Part shown: piece after piece, positions 48,641-59,005 of the stretch
Numbering within the stretch: position 1 is the stretch's first letter
How the letters are laid out: each line of letters begins with the position of its first letter
DNA from: Myxococcota bacterium
GTDB taxonomy: Bacteria; Myxococcota_A; UBA9160; UBA4427
Assembly (NCBI GenBank): GCA_036336835.1
Contig: JAYZFK010000058.1
Location: forward strand, 1 to 61,932
Reading direction: 5' to 3'
Length of the DNA stretch: 61,932 nucleotides
Made by a program: the position numbers and the translations under genes
Notes under the pieces: model-generated
Told to the model about the DNA's origin: nothing
The model's database searches: none
The model's input: only the letters and a program-made list of their open reading frames with translations

Positions 48641-50767
48641 CTAGGACCGCACCGGGCCGAAGCGAACCTGGCCGCGAAACGTGTCCACCGCCTCGACGCG
48701 CACGCGAATTGGATCGCCGAGTGCGAACCGCCGTCGCGAGCGACGCCCGACGAGTGCAAGGCCATCGGGCTCGAGCTCGAGTCCGGCAGCGAGCGCGCTG
48801 GCGTCCACCCGGCCATCGACGAACGGGTCGACGAGGGTCACGAAGACCCCCTCTTCGGTCAGGCCACTGATGTGGCCATCGAAGCACTCGCCCAGACGGG
48901 CCTCCATCAGCGCGGCCCGTTTGATGGCGAGCGCCTCACGTTCGACGCGCTGCGCGATCCGCTCACGCAGCGAGGCCCGGACGGCCACCCGCTCGGCGCG
49001 CGCCGCGGCGTCCGGCGGCTCCGCCTCACCGGCGAGCACGCGGTGGAGCGCCCGGTGCACAGACAGATCCGCGATGCGACGGATTGGCGAGGTGAAGTGC
49101 AGGTAGTGCTCGAACCCGAGGGCATAGTGACCGAGGCTCTCGCTCGCATAGCGAGCCTGCTGCATCGAACGCAGCACGCTCCAGTGCACCAGCCGCTGGA
49201 CCGGCCGGCCGGCCGCGGCTTCGAGCGCGGTCGCCAGGCGACGCGGCGTGAGCTCGGCGCCCCCATCGCTCAGCAGACCGAAGCGCTCGAGTAGCCGCGC
49301 GAGCGAGACGAGCGAGACGTCGCTGGGCGGTTCGTGGACGCGATGGACCGTGACGACGCCGCGGCCCTCGAGCAGGCCCGCGACGGCTCGATTGGCGGCC
49401 AGCATCGCCTCCTCGATCGCGCGATGAGCCGGAGTGCGACGGGCCGGCGCGCTGCCGACTGGCCAGCCCGATTCGTCGAACGTGAGCGCAGGCTCGGGTA
49501 GCTCGAGGTCGATCGTGCCGGCGGCCTGCCGACGTGCGCGCAAGCGCTGCGTCGCCTCGAGCAGCCGACGCAGCGGCGCGTGCAGCTCGGGCGCGACCTC
49601 GCGCGGCGTCTCGCCCTCCATCACGGCGGCTGCGTCTTCGTAGGCGAGCCGGGCTCGGCTGCGAATCCGAGCGCGATGGAAGGCGCGCTCGCGCACCACT
49701 CCATCGCCGGCTACACGTAGCTCGACGGCGAGCACTGGGCGTTCGGCCTGCGGGATCAGCGAGCAGGCCTCGCTGGACAGCACCGCGGGCAGCATCGGCA
49801 GCGCGCGATCCGGCAGGTAGACGCTGTTGCCTCGGCGCAGCGCCTCGCGATCGATCGCGCCGCCCTCCGCGACGAAGTGTGAGACGTCAGCAATCGCGAC
49901 CCACAGCCGCAGGTCGCCAGCGCCGACCGGCTCGACGCAGACGGCGTCGTCGTGATCGCGCGCCGTCACCGGGTCGATCGTGACGAACGGCAGCCCGGTC
50001 AGATCGCGTCGCTCCCCCGCATCCCCCACGCGCTGAGCCGCCCGCTCGGCCTCGCGCAGCACGTCCGCCGGAAAGTCGGCGGCCAGCCGGTACTTCCACA
50101 CCAGGGCCTCGAAGTCGGCGTCGGGACTGCCCGGACGACCCAGCGTGCGCACCACACGCACTCGCGACGGACGGCCGCGCTGCGAACCGACCGCCTCGAC
50201 CACCTGCCCGTCGTGCGCCCCGCCCCGATCGCTCTTGGCAACCCGGAGTGAGCGCGGACCGACGCGTCCGAACGGCTCGAGCGCGCTGCGACCCGACTCG
50301 ATGTGCAATCGACCGACGATCCGATCGGCCGCGGGTGAGACGACCTGAACGATCTCCGCGCCCGCAGATCCGGGCCAGACCAGGACCCGGTCGCCACTGC
50401 GCAGCTCGGTCGTTTCGTCGACCAGCCACTCGCGACCCACGACGTCGACGACGCAATCGCTGCTCCGCAGCTCACCCTCGATCAGTCCGTCGCGACGCAC
50501 TCGGCGCACCTGACCGTCGAAGCGCTCGACGATGCCCTCGCGCTCGAGATCCCGCAGCAGCCGTCGAAGCGCCTTCGCACCGGGCGAAGCCGAGCGCAGG
50601 CCGAGTCGAGCCGTGAGCCTGCGCAAGGACCACGGTCGCCCGTCACCTGCGGCGAGCAGGCGCAGCACCTGACCCCGGGACGCAGTCCGCGCATATGCGG
50701 ACTCGCGCGGCGACGCGCGCAGCTTGCGAGTGCGCTTCGGCCTGGTCGAATTCTTGCGACGCGCCAC
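48641..50767 (-). CDS. rnr: Ribonuclease R (RNB family)
   Basis: TIDPVTARDHDDA, AIADVS, SVYLP, IEEAMLAAN, HFTSPIRR..DL, C-terminal S1. Confidence 0.92.
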   Translation of the reverse strand: MARRKNSTRPKRTRKLRASPRESAYARTASRGQVLRLLAAGDGRPWSLRRLTARLGLRSASPGAKALRRLLRDLEREGIVERFDGQVRRVRRDGLIEGELRSSDCVVDVVGREWLVDETTELRSGDRVLVWPGSAGAEIVQVVSPAADRIVGRLHIESGRSALEPFGRVGPRSLRVAKSDRGGAHDGQVVEAVGSQRGRPSRVRVVRTLGRPGSPDADFEALVWKYRLAADFPADVLREAERAAQRVGDAGERRDLTGLPFVTIDPVTARDHDDAVCVEPVGAGDLRLWVAIADVSHFVAEGGAIDREALRRGNSVYLPDRALPMLPAVLSSEACSLIPQAERPVLAVELRVAGDGVVRERAFHRARIRSRARLAYEDAAAVMEGETPREVAPELHAPLRRLLEATQRLRARRQAAGTIDLELPEPALTFDESGWPVGSAPARRTPAHRAIEEAMLAANRAVAGLLEGRGVVTVHRVHEPPSDVSLVSLARLLERFGLLSDGGAELTPRRLATALEAAAGRPVQRLVHWSVLRSMQQARYASESLGHYALGFEHYLHFTSPIRRIADLSVHRALHRVLAGEAEPPDAAARAERVAVRASLRERIAQRVEREALAIKRAALMEARLGECFDGHISGLTEEGVFVTLVDPFVDGRVDASALAAGLELEPDGLALVGRRSRRRFALGDPIRVRVEAVDTFRGQVRFGPVRS

Positions 50768-50806
50768 GCGGGGAGTTCAGCACAACCACAGCCGGAGTGC
50801 GCTTCG

Positions 50807-50835
50807 TTGACGCTTGCAGAGCGCCAACCTAGTCT
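50807..50835 (+). promoter_or_regulatory. Sigma70 promoter of tRNA-Leu
   Basis: TTGACG-N17-TAGTCT followed by a GC-rich discriminator. Confidence 0.65.
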
Positions 50836-50846
50836 CCCGCGCGGCT

Positions 50847-50933
50847 GCCCGGGTGGCGGAATTGGTAGACGCGCTAGACTCAGAATCTAGTGGTCGCAAG
50901 GCCGTGCTGGTTCGACTCCAGTCCCGGGCACCA
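50847..50933 (+). tRNA. tRNA-Leu(CAG)
   Basis: GCCCGGG/CCCGGGC acceptor stem, anticodon arm CTAGA-CTCAGAA-TCTAG, long variable arm, GTTCGA, encoded CCA. Confidence 0.97.
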
Positions 50934-50964
50934 CCTCCCACATATCATCGAAGCCATCGCAGCG

Positions 50965-51639
50965 ATGAGCCGACGTGGGCCTGCCGTGCAGTACGCGCCG
51001 TTGATCAAGACGATCTCCCGCACCTATGACAGCCGGCTCGCTCGGCTCTACTGCACGATCCGTTTTCGGATCATCAATACGCGGATCCTCGACGCGATAC
51101 TGAATTACACGCGTCCCGAGGGCGAGCTGCTCGTGCTCGGCTGTGGCTTCGGACTGTTCGACCTGCTGGCGGGCCTGCGCTGGCCGAAGAAGCAAATCCG
51201 CGGCATCGACATCGACGCATCGCGCATCGAGATGGCGCGGCGCTCGGCGCAGCAGCTCGGCCTCCTCCACAACGCCTTCGAGGTGCAGGATCTGTCGAGG
51301 GAAGACATTCGCCTCGGGACCTGCGACGAAATCCTGATGCTCGACGTATTGCATCACCTGCCGCGGGACCAGCACGATCGACTGCTGCGAAGCTGCTACG
51401 ACGCGCTGCGTCCGGGCGGCTACCTGATCGTCAAGGACATCCACCGCGGCAGCCGCTTCAAGCTGCTGTTCACCTGGCTGCTCGACATGCTGATGACGGG
51501 TTTCGCGCCGGTCGCGTACCGCGACGAGGACGATCTCGCGGCCGATCTTCGTCAGCTCGGGTTCTCCCCAGTGCTCAAGATCCGACTCAACGACGTCCTG
51601 CCCTATCCGCACATCGAGTTCGTCTGCATCAAGCCGTGA
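50965..51639 (+). CDS. Class I SAM methyltransferase
   Basis: LGCGFG, GIDID, DVLHH, LRPGG. Confidence 0.88.
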   Translation: MSRRGPAVQYAPLIKTISRTYDSRLARLYCTIRFRIINTRILDAILNYTRPEGELLVLGCGFGLFDLLAGLRWPKKQIRGIDIDASRIEMARRSAQQLGLLHNAFEVQDLSREDIRLGTCDEILMLDVLHHLPRDQHDRLLRSCYDALRPGGYLIVKDIHRGSRFKLLFTWLLDMLMTGFAPVAYRDEDDLAADLRQLGFSPVLKIRLNDVLPYPHIEFVCIKP

Positions 51640-51739
51640 TGCCGTCCGGATCGAGACGTCGCCCCGCTTGACCTGCAGCCCCCCGCGCATACGCTTGCAC
51701 GATCCCGGCCCCAGCCAGGGGGCCCCGGGGGGGGCACCT

Positions 51740-54237
51740 TTGAGCGAGATCGAGACCCAGCAGATCATCGGGGCACAGAACGAGCAGATCGAGGTCCCGC
51801 GCGAGCTTCCGGTCCTGCCCGTGCGCGACGTCGTGGTCTACCCGGGTGGTACGATCCCGCTGCAGATCGGTCGGCCGCGCTCGCTCGCGGCACTCGACGA
51901 GGCTGCGGCCAGCGGGCTGCTACTGATCGCCACCCAATACGACGCATCGACCGAGGAGCCCCTGCTCCACGATCTCTACCCCGTCGCCACGATCGCCCGG
52001 GTGGTCCGCGTGATCGAGGCGCGTGACGGAGGCCGCCAGGCCCTCGTCGTTGGCGTCGCACGCGCCCGGCTGCTCGAGATCACGAGCTACGAGCCGGCCT
52101 TGCGCGCGCGCCTCGACGCCGTGCCCGACACCCCCATTCAGTCTGCCGAGGGCGAGGCCGCCTGGCGCCGAACGGTCGGCCTGGCGCAGCGTGTGATCGA
52201 TCTGCGCGAGGACATGCCAGACGAGTGGAAGGCATTCCTCGGAGGCGTGCCGAGCGGTGGACTGCTCGCCGACCTGATCGCCTCGAATCTGCCGATGCCG
52301 CGCGAGGAGAAGGCACAGCTACTGACGGAGCTCGACGCGGGCCGCCGCCTCGCGCGCGTCGAGTCGGCCCTCGAGCGCGAGGTGACGATCGCCGAGACCC
52401 AGCGCCAGCTGCGCAGCGAGTCGGAGATCGAAGGCGCCGACCCGCGCGAGCGCGAGCACATGCTGCGGCGGCGGCTGCGCGAGATCCAGGACGAGATCGG
52501 CGAGGGCGACACGGGGCTGCGAGAGGTCGACGAGCTCCGCGAGAAGCTCGACGCCAAGGAGCTTCCCGACGAGGCCCGCTCGCAGACCGAGCGCGAGCTG
52601 AAACGGCTCGCCGCAATGCCCCAGGGCGCTCCGGACCGCCATCTGGTCCGCACCTACCTCGAGTGGTTTGCCGATCTCCCCTGGTGCGATGAGACCGAGG
52701 ATCGACTCGACCTTGTCGATGCGCGCCGCATCCTCGACGAGGACCACCACGGACTCGACAGGGTGAAGGAACGCATGCTCGAGTACCTCGCGGTCCGCAA
52801 GCTGGCCCCCGAGACGAAGGCGCCGATCCTGTGCTTCGTCGGCCCGCCCGGGGTCGGGAAGACGTCGCTCGGTCGCTCGATCGCGCGCACCATGGGCCGC
52901 AACTTCGCCCGCGCATCGCTGGGCGGCGTGCGCGACGAGGCCGAGATTCGCGGTCACCGCCGCACCTATGTCGGCGCCATGCCCGGTCGCATCCTCCAGA
53001 GCCTGCGCCGAGCGGGGTCGCGCAACCCGGTGTTCCTCTTGGACGAGGTCGACAAGCTGGGGGCCGACTTCCGCGGCGATCCATCGTCGGCGCTGCTCGA
53101 GGTACTCGACCCCGAGCAGAACGACAAATTTACCGATCACTACCTCGACGTGGCCTTCGATCTCTCCCGCGTGCTGTTCATCGCCACGGCCAACACGCTC
53201 GACACCATCCCGCTAGCACTGCTCGACCGCATGGAGGTGATCGAGCTCCCGGGCTACACGGAGCGCGACAAGCTGCGCATCGCGAAGGAGTTCCTGGTTC
53301 CGAAGCAACGCGAGAACCACGGCATCGCGACCGAGCAGGTCCGCGTCTCCGACGCCGCGATCGATCGCGTGGTCCGCGAGTACACGCACGAGGCCGGCGT
53401 CCGCAATCTCGAGCGCAACATCGCCTCGCTGATGCGCAAAGCGGCTCACCGACTCTCCACGACACGCGCCCGTAGCCCCGCCCCGGATGAGGCAGAGAAC
53501 GCTTCGCCGATCGAGATCGATGAGGAGTTCGTCGGAGTGGGACTCGGAGCCCCGCCGGGGGCGAGGCGGAGGGCGCCTCGCCGATCGAGATCGACGAGGA
53601 GTTCGTCGCAACGGGACTCGGGGCACCGCCGCATCTGCCGGAGAGTGCCGAACGCACGACCATTCCCGGAGTCGCCGTCGGCCTGGCGGCGACCGTGCAC
53701 GGCGGCGACATCCTGTTCATCGAGTCGACTTTCTCGCCCGGCGGCAAGGGGATCCGCCTGCGACTGACCGGCCAGCTCGGCGACGTCATGCGCGAGTCGG
53801 CGGAAGCCGCGCTCTCGTGGGTGCGCGCGAACGCCAGCGACCTCGGGCTGGACACCGATGCGTTCGCGGCGGGGGAGATCCATCTCCACGTCCCGGCCGG
53901 CGCGATCCGCAAGGACGGGCCCTCGGCTGGCGTCGCGCTGGTGACCTCGCTGGTCTCGCTGCTGCGCCGGCAGCGCGCAAACGGCAAGGTGGCTGCAACG
54001 GGCGAGATCTCGCTGCGCGGACGCGTTCTTCCGGTCGGCGGGATCAAGAGCAAGGTGCTGGCCGCAGCGCGCGCCGGCATCGACACGGTGGTGATCCCGA
54101 AGCGCAACGAAAAGGACCTCATCGAGGTGCCGGACGAGATCAAAGATCAGCTCGATATCCGCCGGGTGGAGACGATCGAGGAGGTGCTCGCCGTGACGCT
54201 TGCCACCCCGACCAATCCCGCACAGACGACGGATTGA
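51740..54237 (+). pseudogene. lon: Lon protease, split by a frameshift at a 74-bp-period duplication
   Basis: LON N-domain, GPPGVGKT, LDEVDK in one frame; KDGPSAG and PVGGIKSK in another frame from 53563. Confidence 0.9.
53489..53630 (+). repeat. Imperfect direct repeat, 2 x 68 bp, period 74
   Basis: 53489-53556 versus 53563-53630, 10 mismatches by manual count. Confidence 0.95.
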
Positions 54238-54259
54238 ACGAGGTCACCGGCGCTCCACC

Positions 54260-55402
54260 GTGCGGGTCGCTCTGGTCCACGACTGGCTGACCGGGATGCG
54301 GGGCGGCGAGCGCTGTCTCGAACGGATTGTCGGATTGTTTCCCGGTGCGGAGCTGTACACGCTGTTCCACGTGCCGGGCGCGACCTCGCGTGCGCTCGAT
54401 GCCCTGCCCGTCCACACCAGCCCGCTGTCGCGCCTGCCCGGCACGATGCAGCACTATCGCAAGCTGCTGCCGCTGTTCCCGCACGTGATCGAGCGCTTCG
54501 ACCTGTCGCGCTACGACCTCGTCGTCTCGACCAGCCACGCCGTGGCCAAGAGCGTGCGCACTCGTCCCGACCAGCCGCACCTGTGTTACTGCTTCACACC
54601 GATGCGCTACGTCTGGGACCAGGCGGACGAGTATCTCGGAACCGGGCTCCGCCGCGCCGTAGCCTCGCCGCTGGTCGCGTACTTGCGCGGCTTCGACCGG
54701 AGAACCGCGAGCGCCGACCGGGTCTCGCGATTCGTCGCAATCTCCAACTGCGTGCGCGACCGGATCCGAGAGCACTACCGGCGCGACGCTTCGGTCGTCT
54801 TCCCGCCGGTCGAGGTCGACCGCTTCCCCTTGAACGAAGCGAGGCGGGAAGACTTCTATGTGATGGTCGGTGGATTCGTGCCCTACAAGCGCGAGCAGCT
54901 CGCCATCGAGGCCTTCCGCGGAACCGATCGGCGCCTGGTGATCGTGGGCGACGGTCCCGCGAGGACACGCCTCGCGGCCGCGGCGCCGCCCAACGTCGAG
55001 CTGCCCGGACGGATCGGAGACGCGGAGCTCGCGAGCCTGCTCGGACGCTGTCGCGCGCTGGTCCACCCTCAACTCGAGGACTTCGGGCTCGCCGCAGTCG
55101 AGGCACAGGCGTGCGGCACACCCGTGGTCGCGTTTCGCGGCGGTGGGGCACTCGATACCGTGGTCGCGGGCGGCCCATCTCCGACCGGCACATTCTTCGA
55201 TCGGCCGACCGTGCCCGCACTCAGGACGGCGCTGAGCCAGCTCGAGGCGAGTCGCGAACGCTTCGACCCGCGGCGCATCCGCCGCCACGCGGAGCGCTTC
55301 GGACCCGAGCGCTTCGAGCAAGAGCTCTTGCGAGAGGTCGACGCGCTGCTGGCCCCCCAACGCAAAGCGGCGCGCAGCCCCTGGCCGCGCGCCGCCCACT
55401 GA
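54260..55402 (+). CDS. GT4 glycosyltransferase (WbaZ-like)
   Basis: VALVHDWLTGMRGGE, YCFTPMRY, PYKR, EDFGLAAVEAQACG. Confidence 0.93.
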   Translation: MRVALVHDWLTGMRGGERCLERIVGLFPGAELYTLFHVPGATSRALDALPVHTSPLSRLPGTMQHYRKLLPLFPHVIERFDLSRYDLVVSTSHAVAKSVRTRPDQPHLCYCFTPMRYVWDQADEYLGTGLRRAVASPLVAYLRGFDRRTASADRVSRFVAISNCVRDRIREHYRRDASVVFPPVEVDRFPLNEARREDFYVMVGGFVPYKREQLAIEAFRGTDRRLVIVGDGPARTRLAAAAPPNVELPGRIGDAELASLLGRCRALVHPQLEDFGLAAVEAQACGTPVVAFRGGGALDTVVAGGPSPTGTFFDRPTVPALRTALSQLEASRERFDPRRIRRHAERFGPERFEQELLREVDALLAPQRKAARSPWPRAAH

Positions 55403-55788
55403 AGTCGATTGCTAGGGATGCCCGCTAGCGCCCCTTGCGACGCCGCCTGGGCCGCGTTGGCCTCCGAGGCGTTGGTGGCCGAGACCGCGCCACCGAACAG
55501 GTAGGCGGGCTGCCACGCAGGATTCGCCAGCACCCACGCTGAGCCAAACGCGGTCTCCAGCTGAACGAACGCAGCCGCGCGGAGCGCGCGGCACCATGAA
55601 TGTGGCCCACGTGTTCGGGATCGGCGAACCGGGGCCGCTAGCAGTGCGAACGGAGTGGCTCGCGCGACATGCAGGGCGACCTGCGTTCCAGCTGCCGGCG
55701 GCTCGCGGCGACATCTTCTTCGCAACGCGATTTCTTGGCACAAGCAGGACGCAACTCACCCGGAGTCCGCCAATCTGACCGATGCCGC

Positions 55789-57189
55789 TCAGTAGGCGTT
55801 GCGGTGGAAGAACCCGCGGGCGAGCGTGAGCAGCAGGATCCGGATATCGAGCTCGAGCGACCAGTTCTGGATGTAGTAGAGGTCGTGCTCGATCCGCTCG
55901 TGGAGCGATGTGTTGCCGCGCCAGCCGTGAATCTGGGCCCAGCCCGTACAGCCTGCCTTCACCTTGTGGCGCAGCATGTAGCCCGGCACCTCACGGCGAA
56001 ATTCCTCGATGAAGGCGAGTCGCTCCGGACGCGGGCCGACCAGGCTCATGTCGCCGCGAATCACGTTCCACAGCTGGGGCAGCTCGTCGAAGCTGCTCCA
56101 GCGCAGCCATGATCCCGTCCGCGTTCGTCGCTCGTCGTCGTTCCGGGCCCAGACCGGCCCGCTGCACGCCTCCGCATCGGGCACCATGGTGCGGAACTTC
56201 CAGATCTTGAAAACCTTGCCGTCCAGACCCATGCGCAGCTGGGAATAGAAGATGGGGCGGCCCGAGGTCAGCGCGATTGCGGCCGCAATACAGGCCATCA
56301 GCGGCAACGACACCGCAAACGCCAGGCTCGCCACCAGCAGGTCGAAGGCGCGCTTTCGCACCGCGGCCCAGCCCACCATCGGGCTCTCGCGCAAGCTGAG
56401 CATCGGCAGCCCGGCGAGGTCCTCGACCGAGCTGCCGATCGACATCACGTTCATCAGGTCGGGCACGATCCGGACGCTCACCATCTCGTCATCCAGATCG
56501 CGCAGCACCTTGTCGAGCTGGCCCACCTCGTCACGCGGCAGCGCCACGATCACCTGATCGACCCGCTCGGCGCGCAACACGGGCTTGAGCGCCGCGTAGC
56601 CGCCGACGACGGGCACCCCGCCGATCTGCGTAAGGCGGCCCGCCGCGGCGTCGCACAGCACGGCCGTGACCCGAATGCCGGCCGCGGGGTGCTCGTGGAT
56701 CCGCTCGATCACCTCTCGAGACAGGTCGGGTCCTCCGACGACGATCCCAAAGCGCAGGTTGTAGCCATGGCGCCGCAGCTCGCGCAGCCCGAAGCGAAGG
56801 GCACTCCGCAACGCGACCACGCCACCTGCTGAAAGGATGGAGAAGGCGAGCACCACGCCGCGCGAGTAGGAGGCGGTGCGCACGAAGAACGACAGTGCCA
56901 CCAGCAGCACCACTCCTGTTGCCGTGGCCCGGATGACCCGGGCCGCCTCGACCAGCACGGAGCCGGTGCGCATCGGCTCGTACAAGCCGCGTGCCTGGAA
57001 CAGCACGAACCACAAGGGCAGGATCACGGCCAGTGGCAGCAGATAGACCTCGAACTCCGGCACACCGAGCGGCGCCGCGATGCCCGCGCGAAAGCGCCGG
57101 GCGTAGGCGCCGAGCCAGGCGAGTCCGACGATCGACAGGTCCGCAGCGACGAGCAGCGAGCGAAAGATTTCGCTGTGCCGGTAGAACAC
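55789..57189 (-). CDS. wcaJ: Undecaprenyl-phosphate glucose phosphotransferase (WcaJ/WbaP family)
   Basis: KRAFD, KFRTM, DELPQLWNVIRGDMSLVGPRPE, GWAQ, DLYYI.NWS. Confidence 0.9.
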   Translation of the reverse strand: MFYRHSEIFRSLLVAADLSIVGLAWLGAYARRFRAGIAAPLGVPEFEVYLLPLAVILPLWFVLFQARGLYEPMRTGSVLVEAARVIRATATGVVLLVALSFFVRTASYSRGVVLAFSILSAGGVVALRSALRFGLRELRRHGYNLRFGIVVGGPDLSREVIERIHEHPAAGIRVTAVLCDAAAGRLTQIGGVPVVGGYAALKPVLRAERVDQVIVALPRDEVGQLDKVLRDLDDEMVSVRIVPDLMNVMSIGSSVEDLAGLPMLSLRESPMVGWAAVRKRAFDLLVASLAFAVSLPLMACIAAAIALTSGRPIFYSQLRMGLDGKVFKIWKFRTMVPDAEACSGPVWARNDDERRTRTGSWLRWSSFDELPQLWNVIRGDMSLVGPRPERLAFIEEFRREVPGYMLRHKVKAGCTGWAQIHGWRGNTSLHERIEHDLYYIQNWSLELDIRILLLTLARGFFHRNAY

Positions 57190-57246
57190 GTTGCCCCCTC
57201 CCCAACGTGCGGCGTCGCACGCGACCGCGCGCGCAGCATAGCCCGG

Positions 57247-58476
57247 CTACCCGTCTAGCGCGTCCTCTTCGACCGCCTCACGAAGCTCGTCGAGGAAGCC
57301 CGGGAGCGCGGAGACGACGCGACTCCAGTTGGGGATCTGGGGCGCGCCCATCGGATCGCGCACGAAATCAAGACCTGCGGCACGGAGCGCGCGAGAGAAC
57401 GTCTCGACCGCCACCTCCTCGGCGTGCCGGTCGAAGCTCAGGCCGTTGAGCGCCGCATCATCACTGTGCCGCGCGATCGCGTCCTGAGCCGTGCGCACAT
57501 AGGCCGCGGTGATCGTATTGAGGAACCCTGCGTCGAACTCGATGCCGTAGCTGGCGAGGTTCCGGATCAGCGAGCCGGCGATGTCCCGCACCATCCGGTG
57601 CAGCCCGCGCGACGCATCGTGCTCCGACAGATCCTGATGCTTGTGGTCGTAGTTCTCGACGAGCTCGACCTGACAGACGCGCTTGAGCGAACAATTGCGA
57701 TAGACCTCGGCGAGTACACCGACCTCGAGGCCCCAGTCGGACGGGATCCGATTCGCCCGCACCAGGTCCGTCGTCATCGAGCACTCGCCGGCGAGCGGGT
57801 AGCGAAACGAGTCCAGGTAATCGAGCAGCGGCTGCACCCCGATCACCGATCTCATCGAGTGGAGCAGCGGGGTCATGAACAACCGGCTCACCCGGCCGTG
57901 CAGCTGGTCGGTGACGCGGCTGTAGTAGCCCTTGGCGAACTCGTAGTTCAGGTTCGGATTGGCCGTGGGATACACCAGCCGCGCGAGCAGCTCGGTGCGA
58001 TAGTCGAGGATGTCGCAGTCGTGGAGCGCGATGACACGCGCGCGGTGGGTGGCCAGCACGTAGCCGCAGGCGAGCCAGGTCGCCCTGCCCTTGCCATCTT
58101 CACCCGGACCGAGGCCCTCCTCGCGCAGCTTGTCGAGCAATGCCGAGACCCGCGGCCCCTGGTTCCAGACCAGTGTCGGCCTCTCGTGATCGCGCGTCCG
58201 GATGTCCTGGAACAGCCTGCGCATCTCGTCGTACTGCTCGCGACTGGCGGAACCCGACAGGCTGACGACGACCTGGCACAGGTAGGGCACGGACTGGAGC
58301 GCTTCGACGATCCCCTTGAGCGCTGGGCCGCGCAGCTCCGTGTACAGCGAGGGCAGCACCAGCGCGACGGGCCGGTCGTCGCTGTAGGAGAGGATCTCCC
58401 GCTCAAGGCGGCCAAGATCCGAGCGCCCCAGTCGGTGCAGGGTAGAGATCGCGCCGGTCTGGTGAAAATCGGCCAT
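57247..58476 (-). CDS. gpgS: Glucosyl-3-phosphoglycerate synthase-like glycosyltransferase
   Basis: MADFHQ.G.ISTLH, GKG, HDCD, KGYY, GRVSRL, YPLAGE, DWGLEVG, YDHKHQ. Confidence 0.8.
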   Translation of the reverse strand: MADFHQTGAISTLHRLGRSDLGRLEREILSYSDDRPVALVLPSLYTELRGPALKGIVEALQSVPYLCQVVVSLSGSASREQYDEMRRLFQDIRTRDHERPTLVWNQGPRVSALLDKLREEGLGPGEDGKGRATWLACGYVLATHRARVIALHDCDILDYRTELLARLVYPTANPNLNYEFAKGYYSRVTDQLHGRVSRLFMTPLLHSMRSVIGVQPLLDYLDSFRYPLAGECSMTTDLVRANRIPSDWGLEVGVLAEVYRNCSLKRVCQVELVENYDHKHQDLSEHDASRGLHRMVRDIAGSLIRNLASYGIEFDAGFLNTITAAYVRTAQDAIARHSDDAALNGLSFDRHAEEVAVETFSRALRAAGLDFVRDPMGAPQIPNWSRVVSALPGFLDELREAVEEDALDG

Positions 58477-58552
58477 CGGCCGAGGCTCGCATTGGTGCGC
58501 GGGCCGGTCAACCGGACGGAAACACTGTTCTGGGCAATTGGACCAGAGCGGT

Positions 58553-58870
58553 CTACCTGTCGGCGAACTCGTCGAGCAACCGAGCGGTCCGCGGATCGAT
58601 CTCGACGAACTCGATCCCGACGTCGAGGGTGATCGGATCCAGCTCCGTGGCCCAAGCGACCCGGCCCACCGCCACCACGGTCTCGCCGTCCAGGTTGAAG
58701 CTCAGGCGTAGAACTTCCCCGAGGTTGATCTCGCAACCCACTGCCTCGAAACGGATTCCTCCGACCGAGATATCGCGCCCGACGGCTCGGTGATCGGTCT
58801 CGTCGAGCTGGGCGAACGAGATCACCTGGCTGGTGGCGATGCGTGCGTACTTCCGGCGATCGGACTCCAA
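58553..58870 (-). CDS. Stand-alone PilZ domain protein
   Basis: RRKYAR (RxxxR) and DISVGG (DxSxxG); TTG 58870 after GGAG. Confidence 0.88.
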   Translation of the reverse strand: MESDRRKYARIATSQVISFAQLDETDHRAVGRDISVGGIRFEAVGCEINLGEVLRLSFNLDGETVVAVGRVAWATELDPITLDVGIEFVEIDPRTARLLDEFADR

Positions 58871-58910
58871 CCGAATACTCCAATGCGGGCGGATTCGCCT
58901 GCTGCCAAAC

Positions 58911-58939
58911 CCATCGGAGTCGGTTGCCGTGAGCTTTAG
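58911..58939 (-). promoter_or_regulatory. Sigma28-like promoter of pilZ gene
   Basis: Minus strand CTAAA-N16-TCCGATGG. Confidence 0.5.
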
Positions 58940-59005
58940 CCCTCCGATCGCGCCCCAGCAATTTCTGGGGGGAGGACCCATCGGAATGGCTTTCGTCGGG
59001 CCGCG

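Noticed and set aside
50847..51639. tRNA-Leu as an integration site for an island
   Set aside because: No integrase and no duplicated tRNA 3' end seen downstream.
53551..53562. Programmed ribosomal frameshift in lon
   Set aside because: No canonical slippery heptamer; the diverged duplication explains the shift more simply.
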